From: a virus
DNA: 64,000 bases
Reading direction: 5' to 3' (one strand)
Virus record (IMG/VR): IMGVR_UViG_3300035130_000101
Location: 6,304-70,303 of that record
A model generated the notes under the pieces. The model ran no database searches. It saw only the letters and a program-made list of their open reading frames with translations, and was not told the DNA's origin. Position numbers and translations under genes: made by a program. Positions 35,631-43,688 of the stretch are shown piece after piece. Positions within the stretch are counted from its first letter, which is position 1; each line of letters opens with the position of its first letter.

Positions 35631-35671
35631 GTAGACATCAAAGCAAACAGATTAGGGCAAGGGAGATTAAG

Positions 35672-35863
35672 ATGGAAGTCAACTTTAACGAAATGGTACA
35701 CGAGCTATTTGAGGCTTTAGATGATACGGTCTTGGCCGAGTATTACAATTACGAAGCTGGGCTTGTTGATTATCCATCAGAGACAGCCCTTAACGCCTTG
35801 CGTAACTATCAAGACAAAGGATTCGGAGAAAGTAAGGCATTACAGGTAATAGATATACAATAA
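35672..35863 (+). CDS. hypothetical small protein (first early gene)
   Basis: 63 aa. GGGAG SD. Downstream of promoter 35602-35630. Confidence 0.5.
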   Translation: MEVNFNEMVHELFEALDDTVLAEYYNYEAGLVDYPSETALNALRNYQDKGFGESKALQVIDIQ

Positions 35864-35920
35864 AAAAACTCCCCGGCGTTCGCAGCGCCGGGGAGCCTAG
35901 CCAAACTAAGGAGTGATTAA

Positions 35921-36121
35921 ATGTCAAGTAATATTGTAGCACAGAATACACAGCAGGTCAACAGTCTTGATGACCGGCCCATTTTAGTCATTTTGCCCAA
36001 TCGTTGCTATTGGCTGGATATGACCGATGACCAGCCGATACCGTTTCAAGGCGAGCCGCAGTATGGGCAATACTGGGACGGATCGCCGGAAGATTGGTAT
36101 GGCCTGGAGGCCAGAGGATGA
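35921..36121 (+). CDS. hypothetical small protein
   Basis: 66 aa. AAGGAG SD. Confidence 0.5.
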   Translation: MSSNIVAQNTQQVNSLDDRPILVILPNRCYWLDMTDDQPIPFQGEPQYGQYWDGSPEDWYGLEARG

Positions 36122-36387
36122 TTGACCAAATCTTAGACTGGGGCAGAGCCAACGCCAACGGCAGCAAGAAAGCCATTGACACCGCCGGCCACTTCGACCG
36201 CAGCCAGACCGAAGCCTGGCGCAAAGAACTGCGCCGTCGCTTCAAAGACGGTGAGCGTCACATTGATGGTAGCTGGCGACAGGGCTATGAACTGGTCTTA
36301 CCCACGGGTGAGGCCATCGGAGTGACGAACGGCCACGCTAGTCATTTTGTGATATACTATCGAAAAGGAGCGATATACTATGGCTAA
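36118..36387 (+). CDS. hypothetical protein
   Basis: ATG at 36118 overlaps the upstream stop (ATGA). Confidence 0.45.
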   Translation: MIDQILDWGRANANGSKKAIDTAGHFDRSQTEAWRKELRRRFKDGERHIDGSWRQGYELVLPTGEAIGVTNGHASHFVIYYRKGAIYYG

Positions 36388-36583
36388 TCCGACCAGAGAC
36401 GAAATCTTATTGAGAGAAGAACTCTACCGGCTGGCTTACCAGCACCGGGCCAGTCACATCGACCAGCGCCGGCAATCTATCTTTAAGCGAGATGGTCACG
36501 GCTGGCAAGAGTTGAAAGTAGGCGAAGTGGAATGGAAGCGGTGGCATCAGGCTTACCCGCCGATGTCAACAGAAGTGGTTTAA
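36380..36583 (+). CDS. hypothetical small protein
   Basis: 67 aa, overlapping the previous stop. Confidence 0.45.
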   Translation: MANPTRDEILLREELYRLAYQHRASHIDQRRQSIFKRDGHGWQELKVGEVEWKRWHQAYPPMSTEVV

Positions 36584-36606
36584 ATTCAATCGCAATTCAA
36601 AAAAAA
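36582..36606. repeat. palindromic motif copy
   Basis: aaattcaatcgcaattcaaaaaaaa, between a stop codon and the SD of 36613. Confidence 0.65.
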
Positions 36607-36612
36607 GGAGTT

Positions 36613-37653
36613 ATGATGTCTGAAAAATCTTTAGTACCAACAAGTAATACTTTAGCTGTAATGCCAGCGATGGAGATTGCCGAAGCCGTTGATCGTTATT
36701 CAGCTATCACTGCTTTCACCCAACGGATTATGAAAAATGGTATAGACTATGGCGCAGTGCCAGGAACAGATAAGCCGACTTTGCTCAAGCCGGGGGCAGA
36801 AAAACTGTCTGCCTTTTTTGGATTGACGCCGGCTTTTGAACCGATAGAGATTATCAAAGATTGGACTGGTAGAGATCACGGTGAGCCGTTCTTTGAGTAT
36901 CAATACAAGTGTCGCCTGTTTCGGGGTGACCGGCTCATTGCCGAAGGAATTGGCTCTTGTAACAGTTGGGAGAAAAAATATCGCTATCGCTGGGTGAGTG
37001 AAGATGAAGTACCGTTTCATCTCAATCCTGACAATCTCTTATCACGCAAAAGCGGACTGATTGAATTTGAGTTTGCCATCAACAAACGAGAAACCGCTGG
37101 CAGGTATGGCAAACCGGCAGAATATTGGGATGCTTTTAAAACCGCTATTGCCGCCGGAGATGCAATCAAGACTACCCGTAAAACGTCATCCGGTAAAGAT
37201 CTTGACGCCTGGATGATAGAGACGGTTGTCTACCGAGTACCGAATGAGGATATTTTTAGCCAGGTAAATACCATCGACAAAATGGCTCAGAAGCGGGCGC
37301 TTGTCGCTGCTGTCCTGATAGGTGTCAATGCCTCTGAGTTTTTCACTCAAGACCTTGAAGATATGGACATCGATAGCAATATCGTTGATTCTGTTGCTGT
37401 GCCGGTATCAAGCGAACAATCCAAGCAATCTGGCAAAAAGCAACAGAGTAAAAAGCAAAATGGCAACGGGCGCAATCCTCAAACGATGCTGGAAGAGGTC
37501 AACGCCCGGACCGGCAATCACTACGAAAATGTAAATCACCTGTATAACACGCTGGGCAACTGGCCGGACTTCTCTAACGATGAGGCGTATCAATCTGCCC
37601 TGAATAATGCTGTTGACCACGCCAACAAAGACAAAGACGAATTGCCATTTTAG
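36613..37653 (+). CDS. possible single-strand annealing / recombination protein
   Basis: 346 aa. AAGGAG SD. DYGAVPGTDKPTLLKPGAEKL and DKMAQKRALVAAVL blocks recall phage recombinases, but the family was not identified. Confidence 0.3.
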   Translation: MMSEKSLVPTSNTLAVMPAMEIAEAVDRYSAITAFTQRIMKNGIDYGAVPGTDKPTLLKPGAEKLSAFFGLTPAFEPIEIIKDWTGRDHGEPFFEYQYKCRLFRGDRLIAEGIGSCNSWEKKYRYRWVSEDEVPFHLNPDNLLSRKSGLIEFEFAINKRETAGRYGKPAEYWDAFKTAIAAGDAIKTTRKTSSGKDLDAWMIETVVYRVPNEDIFSQVNTIDKMAQKRALVAAVLIGVNASEFFTQDLEDMDIDSNIVDSVAVPVSSEQSKQSGKKQQSKKQNGNGRNPQTMLEEVNARTGNHYENVNHLYNTLGNWPDFSNDEAYQSALNNAVDHANKDKDELPF

Positions 37654-37719
37654 CAATCATACTCCGCCGCTCGTGACTGCGCTCGCCTCAAGGCAAAGGG
37701 CTTGACGGCGGCGGGGTAG

Positions 37720-37750
37720 AAAAAATCTCAATCGTAATTGAGATTTTTTA
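37720..37750. repeat. palindromic motif copy (13-bp potential stem)
   Basis: aaaaaatctcaatcgtaattgagatttttta, 12 bp upstream of the -35 at 37762. Confidence 0.7.
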
Positions 37751-37761
37751 AGGTTAGACTA

Positions 37762-37790
37762 TTGACATTTAACTCCAAATAGCTTATAAT
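37762..37790 (+). promoter_or_regulatory. sigma70-type promoter (consensus)
   Basis: ACTATTGACA-17 nt-TATAAT. Confidence 0.75.
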
Positions 37791-37837
37791 GGATAGTATA
37801 GATAGATAGTTATTTAGTAAGCTAAGGAGTGAACCAA

Positions 37838-39001
37838 ATGAACAAAGTGATAGGTTATTATGTCCTCTGGCGAGTGCCAGAGCTTGACGCCCGATATGAT
37901 GACCTGGCAGACCTGGCCGGGTCACTGGGCATCGAAGAGAAGTACATCCCTACCCCACCCAAGCGTCGGGGCGCGTGGGAAAAGGCCACCAACCTGGGCC
38001 GCAATTACCCGATTGAGCCGCCATTCGAGTTGGTGCAGGAAGTCCAACGCAAGTACGGCGTTACCCCGACCGTCCGGCTTGAGACGGTCATTGTCTCCAA
38101 GTCTGCGCCGGTCCTTATCCGGCACATCGTCCGGCGAGTGACCATCCCGGCCAGTGACGAATCCTCAGACAAGCGCCGGTTGGCCGAGCGGCAATTAGAC
38201 CAGCAGACGGTTTGCATAATGCAGTTCGATTGCAATACCGAAGCGATGCAATCGACCGGCTACAGCGACCTGAGAGATTTCGCCGGTTGGGTCAACGGCA
38301 ACCTTAGAGACATCGTGCAATCGCTGCACGATGACGTTGATCGGGCAATGAACCGGGAAAGCGGGTCAAAGGTTCGTGACGGCATCCGTGAGTTTTTGCT
38401 CGATAACGGCGGCGTGTTACAGACAGCCGGCGGCGCTTATTTCCTGCCCTATACGCCGGAACTGTACGACGACCTGAAAGCCGTCAAGGTCTATCTGGAA
38501 GGCTGCATCGATTGGGCCGCCAAGCGTAATGATGACGGATCTCCGGCAGATCGGCCCTCGTTTGTGGTCATTCCCCTGGTCAAGACAGATGAGGCGCTCG
38601 ATACCATCCTCGACATTGCCGAATCCGCCGAAGCGCAATTCGGACAGTCAATCGAGGAGATGATTAACGAACTGTCACCACTCTTCAAGGGCGACCGGAG
38701 CGAGAAAGTTGCCAACAACATCCGGGCCAGGGTGAATGACCGCTACGCCCAGATGCAAGAGAACGTCCGGCGCTACAAGCTGGCCCTGGATGATAGCTTG
38801 CCCCGGCTTGACGCTCTGCTCGATAAGGCCCGGCAGTTAATCGACCAGGCAATGGCAATTGACACATACCGGGTCGGACGTAAGACGGTAGAGGCCGGAC
38901 AGGTAGAGGCCGCCGATGTGACCTGGCGCGGCCAGCGAGTTATGGAAAGCGTCACCATTGACGCAGTTAGCACCGACTACCGCAAGAGCCGGGAATTGTA
39001 G
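37838..39001 (+). CDS. hypothetical protein
   Basis: 387 aa. AAGGAG SD 8 nt upstream of the ATG at 37838. Own consensus promoter. Confidence 0.5.
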   Translation: MNKVIGYYVLWRVPELDARYDDLADLAGSLGIEEKYIPTPPKRRGAWEKATNLGRNYPIEPPFELVQEVQRKYGVTPTVRLETVIVSKSAPVLIRHIVRRVTIPASDESSDKRRLAERQLDQQTVCIMQFDCNTEAMQSTGYSDLRDFAGWVNGNLRDIVQSLHDDVDRAMNRESGSKVRDGIREFLLDNGGVLQTAGGAYFLPYTPELYDDLKAVKVYLEGCIDWAAKRNDDGSPADRPSFVVIPLVKTDEALDTILDIAESAEAQFGQSIEEMINELSPLFKGDRSEKVANNIRARVNDRYAQMQENVRRYKLALDDSLPRLDALLDKARQLIDQAMAIDTYRVGRKTVEAGQVEAADVTWRGQRVMESVTIDAVSTDYRKSREL

Positions 39002-39069
39002 AGACAATGGCCGGCGTGAGAGATTGCGCCGGCCTTTTTGTCACGATAAAAGAAAAGGAGAGAACTATT

Positions 39070-39420
39070 ATGACCGATCTAATAACCGTCACCCAGGCCG
39101 CCAAACTGCTTGGCGTGAGTTATTACACCGTTACCAACAAGTATATCAAGCGTGGCCTACTCCCCGCCGAACTGGTCAACACCGGCCAGGGCAAGGGCCA
39201 CACTCGTTACCAGATCAAACGGGCCGATGTCGAGGCATTGAAGGAACGCCGGGAAAGCGGCGAGGCGGCTTTCCGGCCCGGCCCAACGGGAGAGAATAAG
39301 GGCAAGACGCTGATGTACCTGCCCAGGCCGGCGGCGTGGGGAGAATGGATTAAGACGGCGCTTGAGCCAGAGGAGAGGGTTGCCGCGTTGGAAGCGGCAG
39401 CGAGGGCGAAAGAGAAGTAA
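39070..39420 (+). CDS. MerR/excisionase-type HTH DNA-binding protein
   Basis: ITVTQAAKLLGVSYYTVTNKYIKRGLL. AAGGAG SD before the ATG at 39070. Confidence 0.5.
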   Translation: MTDLITVTQAAKLLGVSYYTVTNKYIKRGLLPAELVNTGQGKGHTRYQIKRADVEALKERRESGEAAFRPGPTGENKGKTLMYLPRPAAWGEWIKTALEPEERVAALEAAARAKEK

Positions 39421-39446
39421 AAATCTCAACCGCAATTCAAAAAATA
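39421..39446. repeat. palindromic motif copy
   Basis: aaatctcaaccgcaattcaaaaaata, immediately after the stop at 39420 and before terminator 39450-39470. Confidence 0.6.
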
Positions 39447-39449
39447 AAA

Positions 39450-39470
39450 GCCCCATATCGGGGCTTTTTT
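39450..39470. terminator. rho-independent terminator between convergent genes
   Basis: GCCCC-atatc-GGGGC followed by TTTTTT, with an A-run upstream. Confidence 0.75.
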
Positions 39471-39492
39471 GCTGGTGTAACGGTGTTGAACA

Positions 39493-40242
39493 TTAGCCAA
39501 TATGCAGAACTGCAACCCTGGCCTTTTGGTAAATTGTTTCTTTCAAATTCTTGATACTCTTATCGACAGGTATGTAATACTCCGATCCAGAATGACCAGC
39601 AGGGCAAAGCCATTTTGCTTCTAACGTTTGTCTAATAATATCTTCCTCCCAAACTATAAAAGTAGGGCAATCGCAAAAAATGCACTTCATCTCAAAAGAA
39701 TCTATAGGTATAGTGTTCAACTTTCCTTCTTCGCAACGACTTTTTTCTTCTACAAATTGATCGGCATACTTAATAATTGCCCTTATAGTTGAATCCGTAT
39801 CCCAAACTGCATCGTGCAACCAAGACGATAGCGGTTGTTCCCTGTACGAAATAATCAAATCGAAATATTCATTGAAAGTCATCTTTTTATCAGGATCATA
39901 TTTGGGATATTGCGGGGCTAACGTGTTGGCTATTACCCTAACGATAGACGACCATAAGTTTTTCAGGTTGGGAGTATATGATTGGGTTTTGCCTTGTGAT
40001 TTTGGTTTAGGTGTCTCACTGTGCAAGTCAGCTATCCAATCTGGAAGATTATTACTCTTTTCAAGATTGCAACTGCTGCAAGACCAAACCAAATTCAAGA
40101 TGGAATCAGTACCACCCCTTGACAACGGTATTAAGTGGTCACAATGACCGTTATCATCTACTTTGCCACAATGAAAACAAGTGGCATTATCTCGCCTTTT
40201 GACCAAGCTTCTCAGGCGACTCCAGCTAGTTTCCGTTGTCAT
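39493..40242 (-). CDS. HNH endonuclease
   Basis: CFHCGKVDDNGHCDHLIPLSRGGTDSILNLVWSCSSCNLEKSN. Confidence 0.7.
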   Translation of the reverse strand: MTTETSWSRLRSLVKRRDNATCFHCGKVDDNGHCDHLIPLSRGGTDSILNLVWSCSSCNLEKSNNLPDWIADLHSETPKPKSQGKTQSYTPNLKNLWSSIVRVIANTLAPQYPKYDPDKKMTFNEYFDLIISYREQPLSSWLHDAVWDTDSTIRAIIKYADQFVEEKSRCEEGKLNTIPIDSFEMKCIFCDCPTFIVWEEDIIRQTLEAKWLCPAGHSGSEYYIPVDKSIKNLKETIYQKARVAVLHIG

Positions 40243-40378
40243 ACTTTTTCCTCATTTCCTCAATATACTTGTCTATTGCCTGCCTGATATGCTCTGCAAT
40301 GCTTTTACCGGTACGCTCTTTTAGAGCCTTCAGGATTGCCCTTTGTTCCTTCGTCAAATAAATTTCAGTCCGTATCAT
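40226..40378 (-). CDS. ribbon-helix-helix (CopG-like) protein (unlisted 50-aa ORF)
   Basis: Manual translation MIRTEIYLTKEQRAILKALKERTGKSIAEHIRQAIDKYIEEMRKKYDNGN. GGAGGA SD. Overlaps the HNH start. Confidence 0.5.
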   Translation of the reverse strand: MIRTEIYLTKEQRAILKALKERTGKSIAEHIRQAIDKYIEEMRKKYDNGN

Positions 40379-40382
40379 AATA

Positions 40383-40414
40383 AATATCCTCCGTATACGT
40401 ATACGGAGGATATT
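40383..40414. promoter_or_regulatory. 32-bp perfect palindrome overlapping the RHH gene SD
   Basis: aatatcctccgtatac|gtatacggaggatatt. The right arm on the minus strand supplies GGAGGA 8 nt before the ATG at 40378. Confidence 0.7.
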
Positions 40415-40463
40415 ATACCATAGACTTGCTCATTATCATAATTAGGGGCTAATAAGTGACTTA

Positions 40464-41723
40464 TTAGATGCTAAGTTCCTCCCTAAGTGACTTCACCTTG
40501 TAGAAATTATCACCGCTCAAGTTAGGTTTCTCCCAAATTTCTTGAGCTATCTCTTGATTACTAGCCCCGTCCAAGATCATTGCAGATATTCTATCATCAA
40601 TACTACTAGAGCCAGATTGCAAAACCAAGTCCGGGACAATCACGTTGTCATTGTTTTCATTTCCGTATGGAGGAATATAGCACTCTTGTTCGCCATTGCC
40701 GGCGTCAATTGTCGCTCTGCGCTGTTTGGTTATCTGGTCTATTTCAAGCCGGACGATGAATAGCCCTTCCCTAATATCTCCCTGCCCTTCCAGGCCAAGC
40801 GGTTTAACTAACTCAGAGTGAGAACCGATAAACAGCCTGAATCCAACCTTGCGGCTTTCCCGAATGAGCATACCTAAGATTTTGCCACCGGCTTTTGTTT
40901 CCTCTTTGATTGAGTTAAACTCATCGATGATAACCGTCATTGGCTCAAAGCTAGTATCACCGCTTGCCCGCCTCTTGTATCGGTTATTTACCTCATCGAC
41001 CAGTCCGATTAAGAAATCCTCTATACTGGTATAATCCCGGCCGGCCCCGATGATTTTATCAGTCGGCCAGATACCCGGCGTATAGTGCGGGTCAATAATC
41101 GTTACGTTCTTTGATCTCTGGGCTATATGCTGCAAGAGCGTAGTTTTTCCGGCGTCCGATGCCCCTTTGATTAGCACTCTCTCAGCCCTATCTAGCATCG
41201 ACAACAGGTCAACGTAGTTTGGCTTTTGCGGTACGATCTTCCCGGCTTCCAACATCTTGGATTGTCCGGTTGTCATCAACGTGTTGGCATAGAGTAATTC
41301 AGCCGGCGTCGGATCGTGGTCGTGACCGTTGACCCGGAGGCGAGTACCGCCAAGCCGAGCTAACTCTTCAGATATAGTCCCATCTAGTAATCTAATTTGT
41401 TCGTAGAACCAAGCCTCGTTGTTTGCAGAATAAATCAGACGTGAATCAAGCTCCATCTTCCTCGTTTTGGCCCGTTCTCGCTTGGTCCACTGGTAGAATA
41501 TAAATACCAGCGCGCAAAAACCGATAATAGCCGATAGGCCGATAGCTACTCCCAGGCCGATAGCCAACCAAAAGGCAACGACCGTGATAACCGGCCACGC
41601 GGCAACGATCAAAGCAGCAAATAGCATAAACAGGAATATGCCAACCACCATATAAAAACGGACCCGAATAGCACCCGTCCGGCTCCGTTGGAAATCGGCA
41701 ATGACCGTATCACGTTGCGTCAT
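40464..41723 (-). CDS. membrane-anchored FtsK/HerA-type P-loop ATPase with C-terminal HTH
   Basis: Two N-terminal TM spans. KGASDAGKTTLL (Walker A), MTVIIDEFNS (Walker B). C-terminal LuxR-like ILDGASNQEIAQEI. Confidence 0.55.
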   Translation of the reverse strand: MTQRDTVIADFQRSRTGAIRVRFYMVVGIFLFMLFAALIVAAWPVITVVAFWLAIGLGVAIGLSAIIGFCALVFIFYQWTKRERAKTRKMELDSRLIYSANNEAWFYEQIRLLDGTISEELARLGGTRLRVNGHDHDPTPAELLYANTLMTTGQSKMLEAGKIVPQKPNYVDLLSMLDRAERVLIKGASDAGKTTLLQHIAQRSKNVTIIDPHYTPGIWPTDKIIGAGRDYTSIEDFLIGLVDEVNNRYKRRASGDTSFEPMTVIIDEFNSIKEETKAGGKILGMLIRESRKVGFRLFIGSHSELVKPLGLEGQGDIREGLFIVRLEIDQITKQRRATIDAGNGEQECYIPPYGNENNDNVIVPDLVLQSGSSSIDDRISAMILDGASNQEIAQEIWEKPNLSGDNFYKVKSLREELSI

Positions 41724-41947
41724 AAGTTTATCCCCACGCCAAAGGCCAACGCCTTAAAGCTAATGACGATGACCTTATTTGCCAGTCCGACCGCCTCGCA
41801 CCATATCCGCCACTCCGCCCGAATTGACAAGATAGCCTGGTGCAGGCGCTCGAAAATGGACAGGATAAGCGCAAAGACGAAAACGACGCTGTCGTTGTCA
41901 TCAACTATTTGAACCGATACTAAGATGCGGGTAGCCTGTAAGATCAT
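41720..41947 (-). CDS. hypothetical small hydrophobic protein
   Basis: Met at 41947 (ATGA overlap). 75 aa. Confidence 0.35.
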   Translation of the reverse strand: MILQATRILVSVQIVDDNDSVVFVFALILSIFERLHQAILSIRAEWRIWCEAVGLANKVIVISFKALAFGVGINL

Positions 41948-42132
41948 CACTTGCCCTTTTCCAGGGTGATAACCCGCTGGTTTTCCAGCCGGGCACACTC
42001 CTGGCGGAAATCCCGGTCAACGCCGAAACCAACAGCCAGGGCGAACAACGTCGGCTTGTCACCACCTTGCAAGAAACTACTTACCAAAATAGCCAGGATG
42101 TCACCTTTGTAAAGGGTCAATGATTGCATCAT
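41947..42132 (-). CDS. hypothetical small protein
   Basis: 61 aa, translationally coupled in the operon. Confidence 0.4.
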   Translation of the reverse strand: MMQSLTLYKGDILAILVSSFLQGGDKPTLFALAVGFGVDRDFRQECARLENQRVITLEKGK

Positions 42133-42134
42133 AT

Positions 42135-42863
42135 TTACTTCCTATCCTCTATACTTTTATAAGCCCGGCTTACTGTAGAAACGGAGCATCCCCACGAGGC
42201 CGCAAGCTCCGCTGCCGTGGGTTTGTCACCATTGCAATTGACGGCAATCCAGCGCGCCCTATCTGCAAATGACATTGACTCCCACGTTTGCGCCTGCTTT
42301 AATTCTGTTTGCAATACCGTTGCTTGAGATTGCGCTATCTCTAAATCTTTTTGCGTCGCCTGTAATTCCTGTTGCCTCTCTTGACGCTCTGCAATCGAGA
42401 TAGTTGCATCGGTTTGCAAGTCATCGTCGTTCGGTTGCACTTTGTAAGCATAAGCCGCGCCCAGTACCATCAGTGGCATATAGGATGCAAGTCCGAACGT
42501 CCATAATCTTTGCGCCGTTGGTGACAGCGATTGCGCCATTGTTTCATTATTCATTGTCGAGTACATTACCGGTCCAAGCGTAAGTGCAATCAAGACGATA
42601 AGCGCAATTTTCAACGTCCATAAAATCGCAGATTGCACCTTACTGTCCGTTTTTGTCCGGGCCAGATAACCGATAACAAGACCCTCGACAATAGCCCGGA
42701 TTGACCAGGCCCAATGATCTGCCAGCCAGATATTGACCGGGATTGCACCGGGCGACTTGCCAGATGACATAAATCCCTGAATCTGATAGGGAATAATCAT
42801 TGTCGCTGCCGACAAGATTAGCAGTATCCAGAGTTGATTACTACGCTTTGTCAACCACTCCAT
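42135..42863 (-). CDS. multi-pass membrane protein with coiled coil and C-terminal HTH
   Basis: Four hydrophobic spans, ERQERQQELQATQKDLEIAQSQ, then TAAELAASWGCSVSTVSRAYKSI. Confidence 0.5.
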   Translation of the reverse strand: MEWLTKRSNQLWILLILSAATMIIPYQIQGFMSSGKSPGAIPVNIWLADHWAWSIRAIVEGLVIGYLARTKTDSKVQSAILWTLKIALIVLIALTLGPVMYSTMNNETMAQSLSPTAQRLWTFGLASYMPLMVLGAAYAYKVQPNDDDLQTDATISIAERQERQQELQATQKDLEIAQSQATVLQTELKQAQTWESMSFADRARWIAVNCNGDKPTAAELAASWGCSVSTVSRAYKSIEDRK

Positions 42864-43011
42864 TGGTTACCCCCTCCTTTTGCCGGGCCATCTCCTTCTC
42901 CAATATCTGCCGGACAATCCAGCTAACCGACCGGTCCTCAGCGGCGGCCCGCTCTTCCAAAAACTCCACGATCTCATTAGTCAATACAAAAGCCTTCGTT
43001 GGTTGCGTCAT
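42841..43011 (-). CDS. ribbon-helix-helix protein (unlisted 56-aa ORF)
   Basis: Manual translation MTQPTKAFVLTNEIVEFLEERAAAEDRSVSWIVRQILEKEMARQKEGVTNGVVDKA. GGAGGG SD. Promoter at 43048-43076. Confidence 0.5.
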   Translation of the reverse strand: MTQPTKAFVLTNEIVEFLEERAAAEDRSVSWIVRQILEKEMARQKEGVTNGVVDKA

Positions 43012-43047
43012 TATTTTTCCCTCCGTGATATATATGAACTATGCAAC

Positions 43048-43076
43048 AGTATACCACCTCTTATACTGAGTGTCAA
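43048..43076 (-). promoter_or_regulatory. sigma70-type promoter of the accessory operon
   Basis: Minus strand TTGACA-17 nt-TATACT. Confidence 0.65.
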
Positions 43077-43094
43077 TAGGTGCTAATAATTGGC

Positions 43095-43127
43095 AATAAA
43101 AAAGGCCCGGTTATCCGGGCCAAAAAA
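43095..43127 (-). terminator. terminator after the tail operon
   Basis: GGCCCGG-ttat-CCGGGCC flanked by A-runs (T-runs on the minus strand). Confidence 0.65.
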
Positions 43128-43150
43128 TATCAATTGCAATTGAGAAAATT
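43122..43150. repeat. palindromic motif copy
   Basis: aaaaaatatcaattgcaattgagaaaatt, abutting the stop of 43149-43688, followed by the GC hairpin terminator. Confidence 0.7.
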
Positions 43151-43688
43151 ATAGTAACCAGATTCTTGCCTCAGTATATATCTCTGTCCCAACTGCAAAA
43201 AGACTCCCTGCTGCTACTCCAAACCCAAAAGTTGCAGAGGTTGCCGAGCATCTATGTTGTATTTCTAAGGCTTTACTGGCCGCTAATGTGAAATTGCCGA
43301 CTATAAACGAGCGCGTTTGCGATAATGGCCCCGTGTGATAGGAAAACTCGCTAGTCCCGCTCATTATAACAGCAGCATCAGTTGCATTGTATAATCTAGC
43401 AGCGTGGTAGTTTACTAGATAGGCTGGGGCAGTAGCGGTGACAAAGTACGTACCGGCTGGTAGCGTGAATTGATTAGATGCCAGAGAATACCCAGCCAGA
43501 TCGCTATATACTGTTGTGTTTAGTACTCTAGTTCGCCAGGCCCCACTGGTAAATGTCCCACCGTCCGTCCCAGATGCTTTTTGATCTTGGATGATAACAA
43601 CAAGTCGTCTAGGGCTAATCTCCGGCTTGACCAAACTATCTATCTGTCGTTGCAGACTATTCACCTGCCGCATCAACTCTTCTATCAC
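43149..43688 (-). CDS. putative tail fibre / receptor-binding protein
   Basis: 179 aa. N-terminal coiled coil then a beta-rich domain. Last gene of the tail operon. Confidence 0.35.
   Translation of the reverse strand: MIEELMRQVNSLQRQIDSLVKPEISPRRLVVIIQDQKASGTDGGTFTSGAWRTRVLNTTVYSDLAGYSLASNQFTLPAGTYFVTATAPAYLVNYHAARLYNATDAAVIMSGTSEFSYHTGPLSQTRSFIVGNFTLAASKALEIQHRCSATSATFGFGVAAGSLFAVGTEIYTEARIWLL

Noticed and set aside
35871-35893. GC-rich hairpin CCCCGGCG..CGCCGGGG after 35672-35863 as a plus-strand terminator
   Set aside because: No U-run follows on the plus strand, and the A-run lies upstream. It may be an attenuator or RNA-stability element, but it cannot be called a terminator for the early operon.
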